From: a virus
Length of the DNA: 64,000 bases
Reading direction: 5' to 3' (one strand)
Virus record (IMG/VR): IMGVR_UViG_3300046512_000174
Location: 29,466-93,465 of that record
Below the pieces are notes generated by a model, which was given only the letters and a program-made list of their open reading frames with translations, ran no database searches and was not told the DNA's origin. Of this stretch, positions 18,894 to 28,072 are shown piece after piece (the first letter of the stretch is position 1; each line of letters opens with the position of its first letter). A program made the translations under genes and the position numbers.

Positions 18894-19400
18894 GGTTACC
18901 GGGACGGTTTTTGGTGGTAACCGGTTACCGGAACAGCAAAGGTAACCATGCTCAGATATGAGTAAGCACACCTGTAAATGCTGGGTAGTTACCGGCAAAG
19001 TTACCACCTGTTACCCCTATCCGGTTACCTTTGATGCAGTTACCTCGAAACCACCTGCAATTGCTGGGGTAACCGATTTGCGGTTACCGCCGGTTACGCC
19101 GCGTATTTGATGATTGCGCAAGCAATATAAGGGGTAACCGAGGCATGTCAGTTTTGCGGTAACCGGGTAACCCGGATCGAAAGCAAATATAAATTAACCC
19201 TCGGAAATATCATCCCCGACATCACCCCCTACAACCCCCTCCAAAAAATACACGGTTATATATATCCAGTTACTGGTTACCTTGACCCTTATTATTATTA
19301 TTTATTGAGTATCTAGTGATATATATAAAGGGCTTTTTGGGGTAACCAGAAAGGTAACCAAGGGGTAACCCGACCGCTTTTCCGGGGTTACCCGGTTACC
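18894..19400. repeat. Putative replication origin with GGT(A/T)ACC iterons and an AT-rich core
   Basis: About 20 GTTACC/GGTAAC hexamers in 500 bp of ORF-free DNA; AT-rich 19255-19330; at the strand-switch point. Confidence 0.7.
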
Positions 19401-19543
19401 TCTGGAAAAATGCGGGGTAGCAGCGTGCCATTGTGTTGCACAGGGTTGCGTGCAATCGCTGAATGGTTAATCATTCTTGGGGTACACCGACCATCCCGAC
19501 GAACGGTGATTGGATCCGTTAGCGCAGCCCAAGAGATAACCGT

Positions 19544-20125
19544 ATGATCGCCGGCAATCCCATTGACCCGCAGGTGGCTGTGATGCAATCGAATTCGATT
19601 GAGTACTTCACGTATCCCGAGCTGCCTGATCGTCCGATGTTCGAGTGCGCAGCACTCAGGGCAACCCTGCAAGTCGAGCGCTGTGCAGGGATGTGGACCG
19701 AGGCTAATGGGAAAAACCCACCAGAACGTCTGGCCAAGTGCAGGAACTGTCCGATCGGCGCGCTGCATGCCGGGGAAGTGGAGTTCGACGTGTCAGTGCT
19801 GCGGGGAACCGGGATCTGTTCTCGGTGCCACCGGGGCGGCATGCGGTTGATCGGCGGTGACATCTGCGTCAGCTGCTGGAACAGGGCTCGCGAAGTCATC
19901 GTCGGACGCAATGCCAAGGGCAAACCGCCCAAGATTCACCCGCCGCTGGCACCACGGTCGATCACCGTCCGGTCAGGCGGCCAGAACATCACGATCAAAC
20001 GTGAGCACTCGGTCAGCACCGATGAGCTGGTGGTGGCCGGTTTGAGAGATTGCACCCGGCAGGTTCTGTTCGGATTCAGTGCAACGAGAAAGGTTCCTAT
20101 TTGCGTCCAAGGGGAGTTGTTCTGA
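19544..20125 (+). CDS. Cys-rich zinc-binding protein
   Basis: CRNC, CSRC, CVSC motifs. Confidence 0.75.
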   Translation: MIAGNPIDPQVAVMQSNSIEYFTYPELPDRPMFECAALRATLQVERCAGMWTEANGKNPPERLAKCRNCPIGALHAGEVEFDVSVLRGTGICSRCHRGGMRLIGGDICVSCWNRAREVIVGRNAKGKPPKIHPPLAPRSITVRSGGQNITIKREHSVSTDELVVAGLRDCTRQVLFGFSATRKVPICVQGELF

Positions 20126-20526
20126 TGGAAGAAATTAAAAATTGCGCGAATTCTCAGAATCCGAGCAGCATCGTCGACTTCGATGCCGAAAAACGTGCGC
20201 GCGAGGCTAAGTCTGACCAATCTGCGCAAGAACCAGTCTTCACGCTCATGCCGCACATCTGCCGACACTGCTTCGGCCGATTGGCGAGCCGTTTGAACGA
20301 TGGGCTTCAGGAGTACCGCTGCACGAATTGCGAGACGGTGACCGTGGCCCTTTCGCATGAGGAGGCCTGCTGCTGCGGGATGAAGATCCGCAAGCGCAAC
20401 GGCGCCGGCCGCAGTGGTGGCCCGATGGTCGATGCAGGGATCCGCTGCATCCCAAACCCCGAGAAAAGTCCAGCATTTCCAAGCGCTTACGTCGCTTGCG
20501 AGGTGGTCAAAATCAAGCGACCCTGA
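20125..20526 (+). CDS. Cys-rich zinc-binding protein
   Basis: CRHC, CTNC, CCCG; start coupled to the previous stop. Confidence 0.7.
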   Translation: MEEIKNCANSQNPSSIVDFDAEKRAREAKSDQSAQEPVFTLMPHICRHCFGRLASRLNDGLQEYRCTNCETVTVALSHEEACCCGMKIRKRNGAGRSGGPMVDAGIRCIPNPEKSPAFPSAYVACEVVKIKRP

Positions 20527-20613
20527 TTCGCAATCAGGGCATCTGCAACAAAAAACCCTTATAAATCAACGTCATTCCGTGCGCCGCTGGATTCTAGGGC
20601 GCACATAGGGCGC
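20521..20613 (+). repeat. Composite IR + DR element, copy 1
   Basis: CCCTGA-TTCGCAA-TCAGGG; GGGCGC-ACATA-GGGCGC at 20597. Confidence 0.8.
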
Positions 20614-20712
20614 AGACCTTTTTCGCTTAACCCAGCGCATTTGCTAAGGCATTGATCATATTTGATTGATATACTTGCACCCTTCGCTGCACTCACGATT
20701 CGGGGGAACACC

Positions 20713-21141
20713 ATGGATTCATCACCGCAACCACGCCTGCCAGTTGTGTACATCGCCGGGCCTTACCGCGCCGCGACGCAAGCCGGCATCGAGCTGAACA
20801 TCCAAGCCGCTCGGTCGATAGGCCTGCAAGCCATTCGACGTGGCTGGTCGCCGATCATTCCGCACTGCAACTTCGCGCAGCTGGATCTGGTCGACCCGGC
20901 CATTGGCGACAGTTTCTGGCTGGCCGCGACCATGGAGCACATGCGCCGGGCCGACGTGGTGCTGCTGGTGCCGGGCTGGGAGAATTCGACCGGCACTCAG
21001 GCCGAGGTGCGGGAAGCGAACCGCTGGAATATTCCGGTGTTCGGATCGCTCCGCCAGCTGCCGGACGCCACCGAGTACATGGCCGACTGTGAAAAAATCA
21101 ACACTGTTCGCCGCGTCGTGATGGCAGGTTCGCCCACATGA
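20713..21141 (+). CDS. DUF4406/DUF1937-like nucleoside deoxyribosyltransferase-fold protein
   Basis: VYIAGPY...PGWENSTGTQAE. Confidence 0.75.
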   Translation: MDSSPQPRLPVVYIAGPYRAATQAGIELNIQAARSIGLQAIRRGWSPIIPHCNFAQLDLVDPAIGDSFWLAATMEHMRRADVVLLVPGWENSTGTQAEVREANRWNIPVFGSLRQLPDATEYMADCEKINTVRRVVMAGSPT

Positions 21142-22472
21142 ACCAGACCGAACTCCCATACCGACTGCACCTCGGCGACTGCCTCGAAGTCTTGCGCTTT
21201 CTGCCGGATAACTCGGTCGACAGCGTCGTGACCGATCCGCCGTATGGCATTCGGTTCATGGGCAAGGCGTGGGATGGCAAGGACATCGAGGAGCGCACTG
21301 CGCACCGCGCCGGGATGCCATCGCACGACGCTGCATGCGGCGAAACCGGTGGCCATCGGTCGGTCGCCGCCGAAGCGGGCAAGTACGACCTGACCCCGGA
21401 CGGCATGAGGGCTTTTCAGGCCTTCACGTTGGAATGGGCATCGGAGTGCTTGCGGGTTCTCAAGCCCGGCGGCCACCTGCTGTCGTTCGCCGCCGCCCGG
21501 ACCTATCACCACATGGCGGTCGGGATCGAAATGGCTGGCTTCGAGATCCGCGACCAGATCATGTGGGTGTTCGGCTCAGGCTTTCCGAAGTCGCACAACC
21601 TCAAGGGCGATCGCGCTGGATGGGGAACTGCGCTCAAGCCAGCACACGAACCGATCTGCATGGCGCGAAAGCCTCTGATCGGCACGGTGCTGGCAAACGT
21701 CGCGGCGTTCGGGACTGGCGCGTTGAACATCGACGCCTGCCGGATCCAGACTGGCGACAACCTGAACGGTGGCGCCTACGTCGACGGCGGTCGCAAGTCG
21801 GTCTCGGATTCGCTGCGTCAGGGCAGCGGCATGAACGCCGTTGGCTCATCGGCGGGCGAATACGTCCAGCCATCAGGTCGATGGCCAGCCAACCTGATCC
21901 ACGATGGCTGTCCAGAGGTGGTGGCGATGTTCCCCGCCGAGGCCGGCGCATCCGCTCCGGTCAAGGGCACCGAGCCAACCGCCAACGGATTCAGTGGTGC
22001 GGTTTCCTACAGCGGAATGCGCGAGCGCGTCGAGGGTGCATTCCACGGTGACAGCGGCAGTGCCGCACGGTTTTTCTACTGCGCCAAGACCAGCCGACGC
22101 GATCGCAACGAGGGGCTGGTCGATCCCGGGCCGCAGTTCAAGCGCGGCACCACGCTGCGAAAGGTCGAGAACACCGACACCAAGGGCAACAACCATCCGA
22201 CCGTCAAGCCTACCGACCTGATGGCGTACCTGCTGCGACTGGTCACGCCGGTTGGCGGCACCACGCTCGATCCGTTCCTCGGCAGTGGTAGCACCGGCAA
22301 GGCCGCGATGCTCGAAGGTTTCGAGTTCATCGGGATCGAAAAGGAAGCGCCGTACATGGCCATCGCCAGCGCTCGGATCCGTCACGCTCACGCAGCCGCC
22401 GTCACCGCTGCCGATCTGGCGGACGCTGTCGCCAACCCGGTGCAAGCCGACCTGTTTGGGTTGCTGGCATGA
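21138..22472 (+). CDS. DNA N6-adenine/N4-cytosine methyltransferase (beta class)
   Basis: VTDPPY, HPTVKP, LDPFLGSGSTG. Confidence 0.92.
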   Translation: MNQTELPYRLHLGDCLEVLRFLPDNSVDSVVTDPPYGIRFMGKAWDGKDIEERTAHRAGMPSHDAACGETGGHRSVAAEAGKYDLTPDGMRAFQAFTLEWASECLRVLKPGGHLLSFAAARTYHHMAVGIEMAGFEIRDQIMWVFGSGFPKSHNLKGDRAGWGTALKPAHEPICMARKPLIGTVLANVAAFGTGALNIDACRIQTGDNLNGGAYVDGGRKSVSDSLRQGSGMNAVGSSAGEYVQPSGRWPANLIHDGCPEVVAMFPAEAGASAPVKGTEPTANGFSGAVSYSGMRERVEGAFHGDSGSAARFFYCAKTSRRDRNEGLVDPGPQFKRGTTLRKVENTDTKGNNHPTVKPTDLMAYLLRLVTPVGGTTLDPFLGSGSTGKAAMLEGFEFIGIEKEAPYMAIASARIRHAHAAAVTAADLADAVANPVQADLFGLLA

Positions 22473-22837
22473 ACGCCTGCAGCTGGATTCATGACGTCGT
22501 CACGCTGGCCGATGGCCGCAAGATCGCCAGCAACAGCGAAGAGTGGCGCGCAGAATGTGAGGCGCGCCACGTCCTGCGTATGAACCACACCGCGCGCACT
22601 GAATTCATGACCTTCATCGAACAGCGACGTGGCGCAGCTGCTGCCGAAAGCCTTCGCGCCTGCATCGAGGCGACCGAACCGGCCTACGTGCTGGAGCTGC
22701 CGAACAAAGCCCAGCGCAACGCCTATTTGCGCACGGTCGAGCTGAATCAGGGCGAGAACGCATCCGAGCACCTGCGCAACCGCTGCATGGACCTGCATGG
22801 CAAGCGTGAAGCCGCTTGTGCGGTGTCTGCCGCGTAG
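22469..22837 (+). CDS. Hypothetical phage protein
   Basis: SEEWRAECEAR motif. Confidence 0.7.
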   Translation: MNACSWIHDVVTLADGRKIASNSEEWRAECEARHVLRMNHTARTEFMTFIEQRRGAAAAESLRACIEATEPAYVLELPNKAQRNAYLRTVELNQGENASEHLRNRCMDLHGKREAACAVSAA

Positions 22838-23297
22838 CGCATAATTGAGCAATGACGCCGTGATCCCCACGGCTTTATGGTGATCCTATGAACGTATTTG
22901 AATTCATGAGTAAGCATCCGATCCTTACCGTCATCCTGACCCTGATCATCTGTGGCAGCATCAGCGACGCGTTTCGGGATGTGATCAGTGTCGGGTGGTG
23001 CCAATGATCATCCCAGTGTTTGCCCTGATGTTCTTGGCCCAGCACATTCTGCGCGGACCGCGCCGGTGAGACTGCAAGTGATGGCCGTCACCGGTCACTT
23101 CCAGTACGCGTGGACGAACGTGCAGAACATTCGATCCGGCTACCTGCGTGCCCAGCGCTGCAATGATCCCGGTAAAGACCTGCCGTACAGCCGCATTCGG
23201 TGGAAAAAATGAAAATCCTTGTCCTGCTGTACGCGCTGGATCTGCCGATTGAGTTCGAGATCCGCCGCCACCTGCTGCTGCGTATCCGGGGGCTTCG

Positions 23298-23591
23298 ATG
23301 AGCCTGACCGGTCGCACGCGCTACCGCACCGGCTGGTTCGGCTGGATCATCCTGCAGGTCGAAGAAACAGCGCTTCAAGCACATGAAGGCACCGAAGGCC
23401 GTGGCACCGACTGGCTGCCAACGGGCCGTAAGTGGCGAGACGCCAAGACCGAAGACTTTACCGAGTCCAGTGTCCGTCCGCTCTTTCGTGATGCTCCAAT
23501 GCCCTACCCGGGCCAGCGCCCACAAACCGAACGCCGACCGCTGCCAGATATGGTTCCACCGGCACCGCCCGCCCCACCAACCGGACGATAG
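23298..23591 (+). CDS. Hypothetical phage protein
   Basis: LTGRTRYR...LQVEE...WRDA motif. Confidence 0.65.
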   Translation: MSLTGRTRYRTGWFGWIILQVEETALQAHEGTEGRGTDWLPTGRKWRDAKTEDFTESSVRPLFRDAPMPYPGQRPQTERRPLPDMVPPAPPAPPTGR

Positions 23592-23784
23592 ACCACATGA
23601 CCCAACCGACCACGATGAAACGCCTGTACGCCGACGATGGCAGCTACGCCGGTGTTTGCGCCGTCACCGCTGATGATCGCATTGCTCAGATGTTCCGCTA
23701 TCGCCCGGGCGTCCGAATGGAGCTGACCCGCATGTCCATGGCCGTGCGCCTTGGGATCACCCGTATTCTTCTGGAGCGTCGCGC

Positions 23785-24267
23785 ATGAGCGTTATGAAAA
23801 CCGAGGTGTTCGAAACCCTTAATCAGCGGATCATCGTCGAGACGCCCGTGGTCACCCGCGAGCAGCTGCAAGCCGCGCTGAGCTGCTTCGTGGGGCGACT
23901 GGTTACACCAGAGCTTCAAAGGGATATGCAGGTTACGGTCACTATGCTGCTCGCGCCTAAGATCACCATCGAGGAATGCTTGCCACGGAGCAGCCTGTTG
24001 ATCCAGCTGCCGCTCTACCAGCACATCTCGGTCGGCCATCGGCAAGTACGCGCGCTGAAGGTATCCGCTGTCATCCCGAACCCGCGCGGCATCGAACTGC
24101 ACTTCGAGAACACCCGCTACGCGCCGATTCAGGTTTCCAACCGCTGGAACATCGACTGGGCGCCAGAGCCGGGTGGCTACTACGGCCATGCTGAGAATGG
24201 CGAGCCGTTCTACATGGGCGCCGATGGCTTCAAGGAAAACTACACCATGATCGAGGTCGGCGCATGA
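23785..24267 (+). CDS. Hypothetical phage protein
   Basis: VRALKV...PGGYY...F..NYT pattern. Confidence 0.7.
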   Translation: MSVMKTEVFETLNQRIIVETPVVTREQLQAALSCFVGRLVTPELQRDMQVTVTMLLAPKITIEECLPRSSLLIQLPLYQHISVGHRQVRALKVSAVIPNPRGIELHFENTRYAPIQVSNRWNIDWAPEPGGYYGHAENGEPFYMGADGFKENYTMIEVGA

Positions 24268-24520
24268 ACCTGTCCCGCGTGCTCGACATCCTGATCCCGC
24301 GCTTCATGACCGAGGACGCAGCGGCTGATCTCCACTTCTGCGATCACTGCAACAAGCCGCACCCGCAACCAGTCTGCTCGATGAAGGATATCGAACCCGG
24401 CGAGGTCTTCGCGGGCATCATGACCGTGCGGTTCTTCAACCTGTTCGGCCTGTCGCTGTTCCCGCGCTTCGACGGCGTGATGCGACCATGGGTCAACCCC
24501 CACGACAAGGCTGAGCCCTG

Positions 24521-24958
24521 ATGGCGAACATTGACGAAATCCGGCAGGACCGGTCGGCCGACCGCGACGCCATTCAAGCACAGATGGATGACTACCTGCG
24601 CAATGGCGGCATGATCAGCAAGGTGGACTGGGCCGGCAACGTTGTCGGCTTTGCCAGCGAGACACCATCCGGACCTCGCCCGATTCCGAAGGGCATGAAC
24701 TTCAATCCGCCGATCAATAGCGATCGAACGGCGAAGCTCGCTCCCACAGTGCCAGCCCCGGCCAGCAAGGCTTTGCCGGTCAAAAAGGTCGAGTTCGCTC
24801 CCACAGTGGAAATCGCACCGGCGCCGGTCACTCGCCGGGTGAAGCCAGCGCCGACCTCCACCGTCATCGATATCGTGCCCGAGCTGCGCCGCATCCGCGC
24901 TGACGCCGAGCGCGCACTGGCTCGGCTGAACGCCGCTGCCGAAAGGCGAACCGCGTGA
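24521..24958 (+). CDS. Hypothetical protein with SutA-like N-terminus
   Basis: IQAQMDDYLRNGGMI motif. Confidence 0.6.
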   Translation: MANIDEIRQDRSADRDAIQAQMDDYLRNGGMISKVDWAGNVVGFASETPSGPRPIPKGMNFNPPINSDRTAKLAPTVPAPASKALPVKKVEFAPTVEIAPAPVTRRVKPAPTSTVIDIVPELRRIRADAERALARLNAAAERRTA

Positions 24959-24961
24959 CAA

Positions 24962-25053
24962 CCCTGACCAGTGATCAGGGTGTCAGAGGCGCAAACACCC
25001 GCAGACGCTGACCGCCTGCGTACACACCGACAGTTCGGGCGCCATAAGGGCGC
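24962..25053 (+). repeat. Composite IR + DR element, copy 2
   Basis: CCCTGA-CCAGTGA-TCAGGG; GGGCGC-CATAA-GGGCGC at 25037. Confidence 0.8.
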
Positions 25054-25244
25054 GAAGCCATGGAGAACCGCATGATCGAGACACCTGAAAACTGGGAGGT
25101 ACTGGCCAAGTCGCTGAGCGATCCGCGCGCCAACCACCAGTGCAAGACCTGCAGCGGCAAGGGCATTCACAAATGCCCCGGCTCGAAACCGGCACCAGTT
25201 CGCTCGGTCGCCGATCATGAGGAACTGCTGGCCAAGGCCGATCG

Positions 25245-25541
25245 ATGAGCAGCGTATTCCACGGCGAGCCGGGCGGCCATGCCCGGTCTGTGCGCGACGT
25301 CACCTTCGGAACACCGAAGCGGCCATCGACCGGCAACCAGAAAGGGCACAAGCCGCTGCTGACCGACGCGGAAATCCTTGAGATGCGTGCGCTCAGTGAA
25401 TTCTCCGGCTGGACTCGCGAGCAGCTGATGGCTCGTTTCGTCGTCGATTACGACATGGTGTACCGCGTGCTGTCGGGCGTGACCCGGTCGCGCTTGGTCG
25501 CCACCCGCAAACACCTACCGAAGAATCTGGAGTCCGCATGA
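25245..25541 (+). CDS. Small helix-turn-helix protein
   Basis: LTDAEILEMR...QLMARF...VYRVLSG. Confidence 0.6.
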   Translation: MSSVFHGEPGGHARSVRDVTFGTPKRPSTGNQKGHKPLLTDAEILEMRALSEFSGWTREQLMARFVVDYDMVYRVLSGVTRSRLVATRKHLPKNLESA

Positions 25542-25810
25542 TCGACAAAGAGCTGTCGCTGATCGTTTACCCGGTTGAACTGGGTGAGGATCCGCCATTC
25601 TGGGTGGCTGAGTCTCAGCACTTCAAGTACCTGCACCCGCTCGACGGCAAGGAGGAGGCTTTCCGCTTTCAGCAGAAGGGCGCCAGCGCAGAGGAGGCGC
25701 GTGAGAAGGCGCAGAAGCAGCTGGACTGGTTCAATGGCGATCGAGGTCACTGCATCACCGAGATCGAAGACTTCACCGCCGAGCAGCTGGCCAAGGTGAC
25801 GCCGGTATGA
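25538..25810 (+). CDS. Hypothetical protein
   Basis: Coupled ORF. Confidence 0.6.
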   Translation: MIDKELSLIVYPVELGEDPPFWVAESQHFKYLHPLDGKEEAFRFQQKGASAEEAREKAQKQLDWFNGDRGHCITEIEDFTAEQLAKVTPV

Positions 25811-26112
25811 GCCAAAGAGCGGAGTACCTCGACTATGCGACTCTGGACAGCGGAATGATGCATCGCGTGCGGGTGCGCGCCGAGACCGTCGATATCGGTG
25901 AAGCGAAGGACGTTCCTTGCGGCCCGGTAGCTGTCGCCCTGACCCACTTGAACTACGGCTGGTATTCGTGGCGCCAGAAAGCCGAGTTCGGATTCATGCG
26001 ACTGGTGCGCCGCAAGCCTCTCGCGGCACAAACGGCCGCACTCATCTCGCACGACCGGATTCTCAACGGTCAGATCGCGTCGCGCGGGCTGGTGGATTTT
26101 TACATCACCTGA
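25807..26112 (+). CDS. Hypothetical protein
   Basis: Coupled ORF whose stop is the TGA of element copy 3. Confidence 0.6.
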   Translation: MSQRAEYLDYATLDSGMMHRVRVRAETVDIGEAKDVPCGPVAVALTHLNYGWYSWRQKAEFGFMRLVRRKPLAAQTAALISHDRILNGQIASRGLVDFYIT

Positions 26113-26199
26113 TACGGAATCAGGGCGTCAGCCTGCTGTGCGATCAATAGACACTGATGGCTTAAACGCTGAACTTCACTTCGGGCGCCAACCGGGCGC
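26107..26199 (+). repeat. Composite IR + DR element, copy 3
   Basis: ACCTGA-TACGGAA-TCAGGG; GGGCGC-CAACC-GGGCGC at 26183. Confidence 0.8.
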
Positions 26200-26217
26200 A
26201 AAAATCAAGGGGTATGC

Positions 26218-27030
26218 ATGAACACTAAAGATAATCTGAACACCGCTTCGATGCTCGGCAACACCATCGCCGGGCTACTGGTGATTTCCACCAACAACAG
26301 CGCGGCAGTGCAAACGGCAGTCGGTGATTTGATCGTTGCCATGGCAGCCAAGGCCCGAGGTCTGCTGAATGGCGATCAGCTGGAATTATCCATTCCGGAT
26401 GGCCGGCCGGGCCGCGCCTACGATGCCGCTGCCGCGCAATGCCCTGAAGCCAAAGAGCAGCAGGTCGCTGCGGGCGCGGAATGTGCGAAATGCGGACAGG
26501 TCGATGCTGGACAAACCGGCGAGTACCCTTGCGCCGATTGCGGCTTGCCAAAAACGCACGACTCCGACTGCTCGACCAACAATCGCGGTGTGCCGGAACT
26601 GCTCGGCAAGTGCGACTGCTCGATCGCGCCGTGTGAGCACAATGCCCCTGCTTCCGACTGCCCGTGCGCGAGCGAGTCGACGCGCAATCTTGGGCGCCCT
26701 CACAACCTCAACTGCAACTTCGAGCACTTCCTCGCTTACACGGGCCTCATGAATGAGTCGCCTGAGATCATCGCCAAGGTCAAGCTCGGTTACGCTGATC
26801 AGTGGCGCGCATGCGTGCAGCTCACCGAGCTGGAGTCTGCTCTCAATCAAACAGCGCCGATCGCCACCATGCGGACGGCTGTGACAGAACATCTGCGGCG
26901 TGGTTTTGCTGATGGTCACATCGACCATGTCGTTCGCGTTGTGTCCGACTCGGCCGGCAGCACCGAGTTTTATATCCGTCCGCTGAAGGGCTCTGGCGAA
27001 ACCACCCAGTTCGTCGTCCTCAACGACTGA
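26218..27030 (+). CDS. Cys-rich mosaic phage protein
   Basis: GQTGEYPC..CG, HDSDC motifs. Confidence 0.7.
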   Translation: MNTKDNLNTASMLGNTIAGLLVISTNNSAAVQTAVGDLIVAMAAKARGLLNGDQLELSIPDGRPGRAYDAAAAQCPEAKEQQVAAGAECAKCGQVDAGQTGEYPCADCGLPKTHDSDCSTNNRGVPELLGKCDCSIAPCEHNAPASDCPCASESTRNLGRPHNLNCNFEHFLAYTGLMNESPEIIAKVKLGYADQWRACVQLTELESALNQTAPIATMRTAVTEHLRRGFADGHIDHVVRVVSDSAGSTEFYIRPLKGSGETTQFVVLND

Positions 27031-27071
27031 TCAACCCAGCGCCACGGACGGCGCACCACCGAGGCTTCACC

Positions 27072-27458
27072 ATGACCCCTGTTGAATTCTGTTACTGGCT
27101 TCGCGGCTCGACCGAGATGCACCCGGTCGCACAACCAACCCCTGAGCAATGGGCAATGATCCGCGAGCACGCTGGTCTGGCGACATCTGACCTCAGCCCG
27201 GCGCCGATCAGCATTGCGTGCGATCGGTTCGCGCAGTGGATCCACGGATTCGCGCAACTGGCCATCGAAGGCCCCAGCCCAGATCAGTGGCTGATCATCC
27301 AAGAGCGGCTGCGTCAGGTATTCATCAAGGTTACATCGACGCCTGCATTCCGGCTCGACAATAGTGGGCTGCGCACGCTGGAGCTTCGGCAAGAAGACCG
27401 AATTGCCGAATTGCTTCGCGAACAGAACTATCCGCTGCTGCACACCGCCACCTGCTGA
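27072..27458 (+). CDS. Hypothetical protein with tandem duplicated domain
   Basis: FCYWLRG...PTPEQWAMI and FAQWIHG...PSPDQWLII. Confidence 0.7.
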   Translation: MTPVEFCYWLRGSTEMHPVAQPTPEQWAMIREHAGLATSDLSPAPISIACDRFAQWIHGFAQLAIEGPSPDQWLIIQERLRQVFIKVTSTPAFRLDNSGLRTLELRQEDRIAELLREQNYPLLHTATC

Positions 27459-27501
27459 CCACCATCGCCGGCCCATCCGTGGCCGGCCTTCCCCTGCGTC
27501 G

Positions 27502-27523
27502 TCGTGACAATACCCTCGCTCAA
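27502..27523 (+). promoter_or_regulatory. Late promoter motif
   Basis: TCGTGA-CAA-TACCCT. Confidence 0.7.
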
Positions 27524-27550
27524 TACCCTACCCAACCCACGGAACGAATA

Positions 27551-28069
27551 GTGTCAAACGACGATCTCGAAACCACGATTGCGTATGCCCGCGCGCTATA
27601 CGAGGGCACGCATGGCATGACCATCACGCAGCTGTCGGAGATCACCCAGATCGCGCCGCGCACGCTGAAGATCTACAGCAGCGATCAGAAGTGGAAAAAG
27701 GAACTCGAAACCAAGACCGGCGCCACCACGCAGTCGGCGATCGAGGCTGCTGCTCATTTCTCCGGTCAGCAGCTGATGCGCGAGAAGGAAGGCGAGGAGG
27801 CGCCGGCCGAAGACAATGCGCTGGTCGAGCCTTTGCCATCCGAGCGTGATGAACTGCTGACCCGGCACAAGGCTGAATGGAAAGTGCCGCGCGCGATGGC
27901 GAACGAATCGGTGAACCTGCGCACCACCAACCCGATGGCCGCATTCGAGCGCGCCAAGATGGCCAAGATCACCGCCGAGAGCCTGAAAATCATTCAGGAC
28001 GGTGAGCGCCGGGCCTACGGTATCGACAAGCCGGACGGCGACCACACCCTGCTTCTGCAAAGGACCTGA
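27551..28069 (+). CDS. Putative terminase small subunit
   Basis: N-terminal HTH-like segment, C-terminal QDGERRAYGID; late promoter; next to a ParB-MTase. Confidence 0.55.
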   Translation: MSNDDLETTIAYARALYEGTHGMTITQLSEITQIAPRTLKIYSSDQKWKKELETKTGATTQSAIEAAAHFSGQQLMREKEGEEAPAEDNALVEPLPSERDELLTRHKAEWKVPRAMANESVNLRTTNPMAAFERAKMAKITAESLKIIQDGERRAYGIDKPDGDHTLLLQRT

Positions 28070-28072
28070 TCG

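Noticed and set aside
18894-19400. Possible CRISPR array
   Set aside because: Repeats are only 6-7 bp, irregularly spaced and in both orientations; no cas genes
22859-22880. Possible extra late promoter (CCGTGA)
   Set aside because: Mismatched hexamer, lacks the T at -7 and has no start codon at +1
24731-24810. Two TCGCTCCCACAGTG copies resembling Pseudomonas REP ends
   Set aside because: In frame within a CDS (APTV twice), direct orientation, no REP palindrome
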